Source: Chloroflexota bacterium (GTDB lineage Bacteria > Chloroflexota > Dehalococcoidia > Lucifugimonadales > Lucifugimonadaceae). From it: a stretch of DNA of 64,000 nucleotides. The notes under the pieces were generated by a model. It saw only the letters and a program-made list of their open reading frames with translations. It was not told the origin of the DNA and made no database searches. The DNA lies in the NCBI GenBank assembly GCA_002719295.1, contig PBHC01000005.1:32001-96000 (forward strand). The letters are read 5' to 3'. The number at the start of each line of letters is the position of its first letter. Position 1 is the stretch's first letter. The position numbers were made by a program, and so were the translations under genes. Shown piece after piece: positions 59,161 through 64,000 of the stretch.

Positions 59161-61668
59161 ATGACAGAAAAATTAGAAAATTTTAGATTACCAAAATATG
59201 CATCTCCAACAAAATATAATATTGAACTATCACCAGATTTACAAGAAAAGAAATTTTTAGGCAATGTTGATTTGTCTATAAATATTTTGGAAAAAACAAA
59301 TGAAATTTCATTAAATGTTGCTGAGTTGCAAATTAGTTCTATAAATATAAATTCAGATCAAAATAAAAATTTGAAGGTTATAAATTGGGATATAGATGAC
59401 AAATATGAAATCATGAAAATAAATTTTTCAGATATTTTAGACCCAGGAGAAATCAATTTATCTATTTCATACACAGGAATATTAAATGACAAATTAAGAG
59501 GTTTTTATCACTCTACATTTGATGATTCTGATGGAATAACACAATCAATTGCAACTACTCAATTTGAGTCTACGGATGCTCGGAGGGCCTTTCCATGTTT
59601 TGATGAGCCTGAGTATAAATCTGTTTTTTCAGTTTCATTGATTGTAAATAAAGATCTATTTTGTGTTTCAAATGCATCGATTAAGAATGTTGATGAAAAT
59701 TATACAAATGAATTAAAAAAGATTGATTTTGAAAATACTATTCCAATGTCCACTTACTTAGTTGCTTTTATTGTCGGTCCTTTTGAAGCTTCTAAGGCTA
59801 TTAATGTTGCAGGAACAGATTTGAGAATTATATATCCAAAAGGAAAAGGTCACCTTTGTGATTTTGCCCTTGAATTGGGAAAATATTCTTTAGATTATTT
59901 TTCTGATTACTATAAAATTCCATATCCTGGAGATAAGTTAGACATGATAGCTATACCAGATTTTGCTTTTGGAGCAATGGAAAATCTTGGATGTATTACT
60001 TATAGAGAAGCTTTATTGTTAGTAGATGATAAAGAAGCAACTTCCAACGAATTAATTAGAATTGCTGATGTTATCGCTCATGAAATTGCTCATATGTGGT
60101 TTGGAGATCTTGTTACTATGAAATGGTGGAATGGAATTTGGCTTAATGAGGCATTTGCTACTTTTATGGCAACAAAGGCAGTTGCAGATTATAAAGAGGA
60201 ATGGAATAGATGGGCTCAATTTTCTCTAGAAAAATCTATGGCAATGGATATAGATTCTTTGAACACTACAAGGCCTATAGAATACCCGGTTATTTCTCCT
60301 TCTGATGCTGATGGAATGTTTGATTTGATTACCTATGAAAAAGGAGGTTCTATACTTAGAATGCTTGAACAATTTTTAGGTGAAGAAATTTTTAGAGATG
60401 GTGTATCTTTATACCTTAGTAAACATTCGTACGGTAACACAGAAACAGATGATTTATGGGATTCATTAGAAAAAGTGTCTAATCAACCAGTAAAAGAAGT
60501 AATGGACTCTTGGATTTTTCAAGCAGGTCATCCGATGATTACATATTCTTATAAAGATGGAAATCTAGTTGTTTCTCAAAAAACTTTTAGATACTTGAAA
60601 ACTTCTGATAAGACCAAATGGGGAGTTCCTTTGTTTATAAAATATTCTTCTGGTAGTCAAAATAAAGAAATGAAATTTCTATTAACTACTCTAGATCAAG
60701 ACATTGATTTAGGAAAAAATGTAGACAATGTTTTTCTTAATTCTAATGCTTTTGGTTTTTACAGAACTGATACTAAAGATTTAGACCTTTTATTTAATAT
60801 TAATGAGTTGTCGTCTGAAGAAAAATATTCAATTTTGGATGATTATTGGGCATTATTATTAAATGGTTCTAAAAAAGTTGATGACTTCTTAGGTTTTTCA
60901 GAACAATTTTCTGATGAATATGACCCTGATATTTTAACATTACTTTACTCATGTTTTAGTAACTTAAACAGAAATTTATCTGATAAAACGTATTTGCAAA
61001 CTGTTGTAGAAAAAGTTTTTAGTAAAACATTAAAAATCCTGGATAATAAAGTCCAAAGATCTATTAGAGAAGCTCAAGCGCTTTCTGTCTGTTTTAGGGC
61101 AATGGCTACAATCAGCAATGACTCTGATATTATTAGCAAATCTAAAAATATTCTAAAAGATTACTTAAGTGGTAAATCAGAATATGAACCGGATATTATA
61201 TCCACTGTAATATCTATTAATGCTTATAATGGTGATTCAAGTTTGTTTCAAGATTATGTGAATTACATGAATAATGCAAAAACACCGCAAGATGAAGTAA
61301 GATTCCAAAGATCTTTATCTTTATTTAAGGGAGATAAGGAGATAGAAAAATTATTTAATCTTATTTTAGAAAATAAGATAAGATCACAAGATTCACCTTA
61401 TCTTTTAGCTTCTACTCTAAATAATGAAGCAGTTGGATGGAAAACTTGGAAATTTATAGAAAAAAATTGGGAAGACTTAACAAAGAGATTCCCAGAAAAC
61501 TCTATAGTAAGAATGTTGTCAGGAATAAGATCTCTTAATAAAAGGGATTACTTAAACCACCTTAAAGCTTTTTTTGATGAAGGAGATAAAATAAAACAAG
61601 GTAGACTTCAACTAGATCAACATCTTGAGAAATTGGAGATAAATGTAAACTTTAGAGAAAGTTTATAA
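59161..61668 (+). CDS. pepN: M1 family aminopeptidase (puromycin-sensitive/PepN-like)
   Basis: GAMEN, HEIAH...WLNE, YEKG; ATG 59161 or 59149. Confidence 0.95.
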   Translation: MTEKLENFRLPKYASPTKYNIELSPDLQEKKFLGNVDLSINILEKTNEISLNVAELQISSININSDQNKNLKVINWDIDDKYEIMKINFSDILDPGEINLSISYTGILNDKLRGFYHSTFDDSDGITQSIATTQFESTDARRAFPCFDEPEYKSVFSVSLIVNKDLFCVSNASIKNVDENYTNELKKIDFENTIPMSTYLVAFIVGPFEASKAINVAGTDLRIIYPKGKGHLCDFALELGKYSLDYFSDYYKIPYPGDKLDMIAIPDFAFGAMENLGCITYREALLLVDDKEATSNELIRIADVIAHEIAHMWFGDLVTMKWWNGIWLNEAFATFMATKAVADYKEEWNRWAQFSLEKSMAMDIDSLNTTRPIEYPVISPSDADGMFDLITYEKGGSILRMLEQFLGEEIFRDGVSLYLSKHSYGNTETDDLWDSLEKVSNQPVKEVMDSWIFQAGHPMITYSYKDGNLVVSQKTFRYLKTSDKTKWGVPLFIKYSSGSQNKEMKFLLTTLDQDIDLGKNVDNVFLNSNAFGFYRTDTKDLDLLFNINELSSEEKYSILDDYWALLLNGSKKVDDFLGFSEQFSDEYDPDILTLLYSCFSNLNRNLSDKTYLQTVVEKVFSKTLKILDNKVQRSIREAQALSVCFRAMATISNDSDIISKSKNILKDYLSGKSEYEPDIISTVISINAYNGDSSLFQDYVNYMNNAKTPQDEVRFQRSLSLFKGDKEIEKLFNLILENKIRSQDSPYLLASTLNNEAVGWKTWKFIEKNWEDLTKRFPENSIVRMLSGIRSLNKRDYLNHLKAFFDEGDKIKQGRLQLDQHLEKLEINVNFRESL

Positions 61669-61675
61669 TATTTAA

Positions 61676-62527
61676 TTAGTTATCCTCTAAGTCTTTAAGA
61701 AAATTTTCAATTTCAGGAGGCAGATCAATTTCTTCTTTTTCAGAAGCTTCTATCTCAAATTGTTTTATCATTTCATTAACTTGATTGTTATTTTGTAGAT
61801 TTTTGTGTATTTCAATATATTGATTTTCACCTTTTTTTCTTTCGGGAAAATCTTTTGAGAATTTATATATATGAGATAAGCTTTCTAACAATCTAGATGT
61901 AGCTAGAAAATCATCTTCTAGTTTTACATAAAGAGGGATATGTACCATTAGGGATAATGTTTCTAAAGAGAGATCATTGTGTAAAATTTGTGATAACTGT
62001 GAAGTCATACTTGTTGGTCCTGTATAATTTGATTTGTTTTTTAATGTTTCATTTAATGGTTCAGGTGGAATCCATCCTTTATAGCTTCCAGTGACGGGTA
62101 AAGGTTTAGTATGAGGTACAGAATCAAACATTCCTCCTATAGAAATATATCTTTTACCTTGAAGATTTTTAATTAAATCAACAATAGCTAAATTAAATTC
62201 CTCTGCAAAATTATGAGGTTCCAAAAGATATAGTAAAAAAATATTTTGATCAGATTGATTTTTACTTCCGAAAATAACAGTATTAGGAATTCTGATTTTT
62301 CTTTCACCATTTTCATTTAATAGTTCAGGTCTATAACGAGTCATATCATAATATTTACTAGGGTTCTTAAGCTTTCCAATTTCTTCAAGATTAAAAATTT
62401 TTACTAATCTGCTAATTGTATGGTGACCAACATTCCCAACATTTATCCAAGGCCTAAGAATACTTATAAAATGACTATTTTTATAGTTTGATATAGGTAT
62501 ATTTAGTTCAAATTCTTTAATATTCAA
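61676..62527 (-). CDS. PAC2 (proteasome assembly chaperone) family protein
   Basis: PWINVGNVG, YYDMTRYRP, LEPH, VPHTKP, YTGPTS, VHIPLY. Confidence 0.8.
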   Translation of the reverse strand: MNIKEFELNIPISNYKNSHFISILRPWINVGNVGHHTISRLVKIFNLEEIGKLKNPSKYYDMTRYRPELLNENGERKIRIPNTVIFGSKNQSDQNIFLLYLLEPHNFAEEFNLAIVDLIKNLQGKRYISIGGMFDSVPHTKPLPVTGSYKGWIPPEPLNETLKNKSNYTGPTSMTSQLSQILHNDLSLETLSLMVHIPLYVKLEDDFLATSRLLESLSHIYKFSKDFPERKKGENQYIEIHKNLQNNNQVNEMIKQFEIEASEKEEIDLPPEIENFLKDLEDN

Positions 62528-62614
62528 TTTATTTTATTTAATTCTTTTTTTAAAAATTTTACATATTTATATAATAAAAATAAATGTATCAAAAATAAAA
62601 AATAAAAAAAGTTA

Positions 62615-62643
62615 TTGAAATAATTTTTTGATATCACTATTAT
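62615..62643 (+). promoter_or_regulatory. Sigma70-type promoter
   Basis: TTGAAA-N17-TATTAT; the AT-rich background lowers specificity. Confidence 0.55.
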
Positions 62644-62649
62644 TTAATT

Positions 62650-62823
62650 GTAATGCTTATGCATTATTTAAATTTAAACAAGTATGAAAGGAGGATATTT
62701 TAATTGGAAACGAATAATAAGCGAGGTGCTCTTAACTGAAGGCGCCAAGAGGGTTAAGATACCTCCACTAAGAGTGAAATTATCCGGTAAGGTTTCTCCT
62801 TACCCGATAATTTCACTCTTAGT
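62650..62823 (+). ncRNA. Candidate structured small RNA or leader with a short ORF
   Basis: 5' hairpin taatgc-ttat-gcatta; AAAGGAGG; hairpin 62723-62765; 26-bp stem 62767-62823; higher GC than the flanks. Confidence 0.5.
62767..62823. repeat. Long inverted repeat (26-bp arms, one C.C mismatch, 5-nt loop)
   Basis: actaagagtgaaattatccggtaagg-tttct-ccttacccgataatttcactcttagt. Confidence 0.95.
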
Positions 62824-62844
62824 ATTTAAAAAGAGATAAAAAAA

Positions 62845-63327
62845 ATGATTAGACATTTTACTTCTACTGTTTTTGTAGTATTTGAAAATAAAATAGCTTT
62901 GCATTGGCATGAAAAGGTCAACATGTGGTTACCTCCAGGTGGACATGTTGACAATAATGAAGATCCCATTCAAACAGCAATTCGTGAGTGTAAAGAAGAA
63001 ATGGGAATTGATATATCTATATTTTCTGATAGCTCTTATAAATTTACTGATGATAATTTGAAAAATATTTATCCACCAGAAACGATACTTATAGAAAACG
63101 TAAATGATAATAAAACAGGACCACATCAGCATATCGATTTTATTTATTTTGGTTATCCTAACTATTCTAAGTTCGATTTAAATTCTGAATGGATTTGGGT
63201 AAATAAAAAAGATTTAATTAATGAAGTTGAATTTAAGAATCCATACTCGAAATATTTTCCACCACCTAATGATGTTAAAATTTTAGGTATTGAGGCGTTA
63301 CTTAAATTAAAAAATCTGAACAAATAG
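62845..63327 (+). CDS. NUDIX hydrolase
   Basis: GGHVDNNEDPIQTAIRECKEEMG Nudix box; HQHIDFIY. Confidence 0.93.
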   Translation: MIRHFTSTVFVVFENKIALHWHEKVNMWLPPGGHVDNNEDPIQTAIRECKEEMGIDISIFSDSSYKFTDDNLKNIYPPETILIENVNDNKTGPHQHIDFIYFGYPNYSKFDLNSEWIWVNKKDLINEVEFKNPYSKYFPPPNDVKILGIEALLKLKNLNK

Positions 63328-63360
63328 TTATTACTTGCTCAGATTTTTTAATTTATTGTT

Positions 63361-64000
63361 CTAGTGTTTTTTTATTTCAACATCAGCTAATTCTTCAACA
63401 TGTTTTGCTATAGCTGAGTGATCGCTTTTTCCTTCACCTTTTGTTACCAAACTTGTTAGAACTTGTTGTAAGTTTGCAGTAACTTGCAATGGTATATTTA
63501 AATCTCGTGCAGCTTCCATTGCATTATTAATGTCTTTATAGTGTAATTCAATTCTGAAACCAGGTTCAAAATTCCTGTCTACCATCATAGGAGCTTTTGC
63601 ATTTATAACGTTTGATCCTGCTAAGCCTCCCTGAATAGCTTTATAAACTGTTTCAGGGTTAACTCCAGCTTTTGCAGCAAGTGCTAATGCTTCTGCTAGT
63701 GCATGAATATTTGCACCAACGCATATTTGGTTAGCCAATTTTGTTATTTGGCCAGCACCGTGTTCTCCACATAGTATTGCTGATTTTCCTAATATGTCAA
63801 ATAATGGTTTAGCCTGCTCAAAATCATCAGCAGCTCCTCCTACCATTATTGCTAAATCACCAGATATCGCAAAAGGTTCTCCCCCAGAAACAGGTGCATC
63901 TAAAAAGTTGATACCTTTTTCTGAACAGCCTTTTCCAATTCTTTGTGAAACACCAGGAGCAATAGAGCTCATATCAACAACTAAATGTCCTTTAGATGCT
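63361..64000 (-). CDS. 2-hydroxy-3-oxopropionate reductase / beta-hydroxyacid dehydrogenase (5' end beyond the window)
   Basis: VDMSSIAP, FLDAPVSGG, GAGQITKLANQ, FEPGFRIELHYKD. Confidence 0.9.
   Translation of the reverse strand, partial: ASKGHLVVDMSSIAPGVSQRIGKGCSEKGINFLDAPVSGGEPFAISGDLAIMVGGAADDFEQAKPLFDILGKSAILCGEHGAGQITKLANQICVGANIHALAEALALAAKAGVNPETVYKAIQGGLAGSNVINAKAPMMVDRNFEPGFRIELHYKDINNAMEAARDLNIPLQVTANLQQVLTSLVTKGEGKSDHSAIAKHVEELADVEIKKH

Noticed and set aside
62737..62765. TGA followed by a hairpin as a possible selenocysteine/SECIS signal
   Set aside because: Readthrough adds only five residues before TAA, and the TGA lies inside the hairpin rather than upstream of it.
62650..62823. 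Identification as 6S RNA, SRP RNA, tmRNA or a glycine riboswitch
   Set aside because: The size resembles 6S but the 5' and 3' ends do not pair into a rod. There is no SRP domain IV motif or tRNA-like end. GAAGGCGC is present but the rest of the glycine aptamer (CUCUCAGG) is not.
2271..63132. Many 60-180 aa antisense or alternate-frame ORFs in the track (e.g. 7592-8029, 12016-12552, 32475-32900, 48673-49047)
   Set aside because: They lie within well-supported genes and have no recognisable motifs; treated as shadow ORFs.
1..64000. Prophage, IS, integrase or defence island
   Set aside because: No such genes are recognisable; composition differences track gene conservation rather than a bounded island.

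Overview
Dense, very AT-rich (roughly 25-30% GC by eye) bacterial chromosome segment with minimal intergenic DNA and no rRNA, tRNA, CRISPR array or mobile element that I can see. The gene content (luciferase-like monooxygenase, mandelate-racemase enolase, orphan TPP E1 pair, PAC2 protein, HspR, split-ActB alternative complex III, Ni-SOD) suggests a streamlined marine Chloroflexota (Dehalococcoidia/SAR202-like) genome; this is inference. Contents in order: HAD hydrolase-hisF-hisA-hisH-pduO; iscA-ygfZ; a ~15 kb minus-strand run of alternative complex III, cytochrome c maturation and fatty-acid/lipid genes; E1 alpha/beta; a tightly coupled operon joining PxpABC (5-oxoprolinase family) to the gamma, biotin-carrier and beta subunits of a Na+-translocating decarboxylase; sodN plus peptidase; a partial squalene (hpn) cluster; hspR-clpC-ispDF-cysS; secG, gatB; sufBCDU; assorted catabolic and transport genes; ilvD, pepN; and a structured intergenic element near 62.6-62.8 kb. 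The best candidate for an undescribed system is the Pxp-Oad operon (21.8-28.1 kb). It has no canonical carboxyltransferase alpha subunit and no biotin carboxylase, so PxpBC may act as the carboxyltransferase of an ion-gradient-coupled (de)carboxylase. The second candidate is the promoter-sORF-double-hairpin RNA element. Two genes also appear to need non-canonical ATT/ATA starts.
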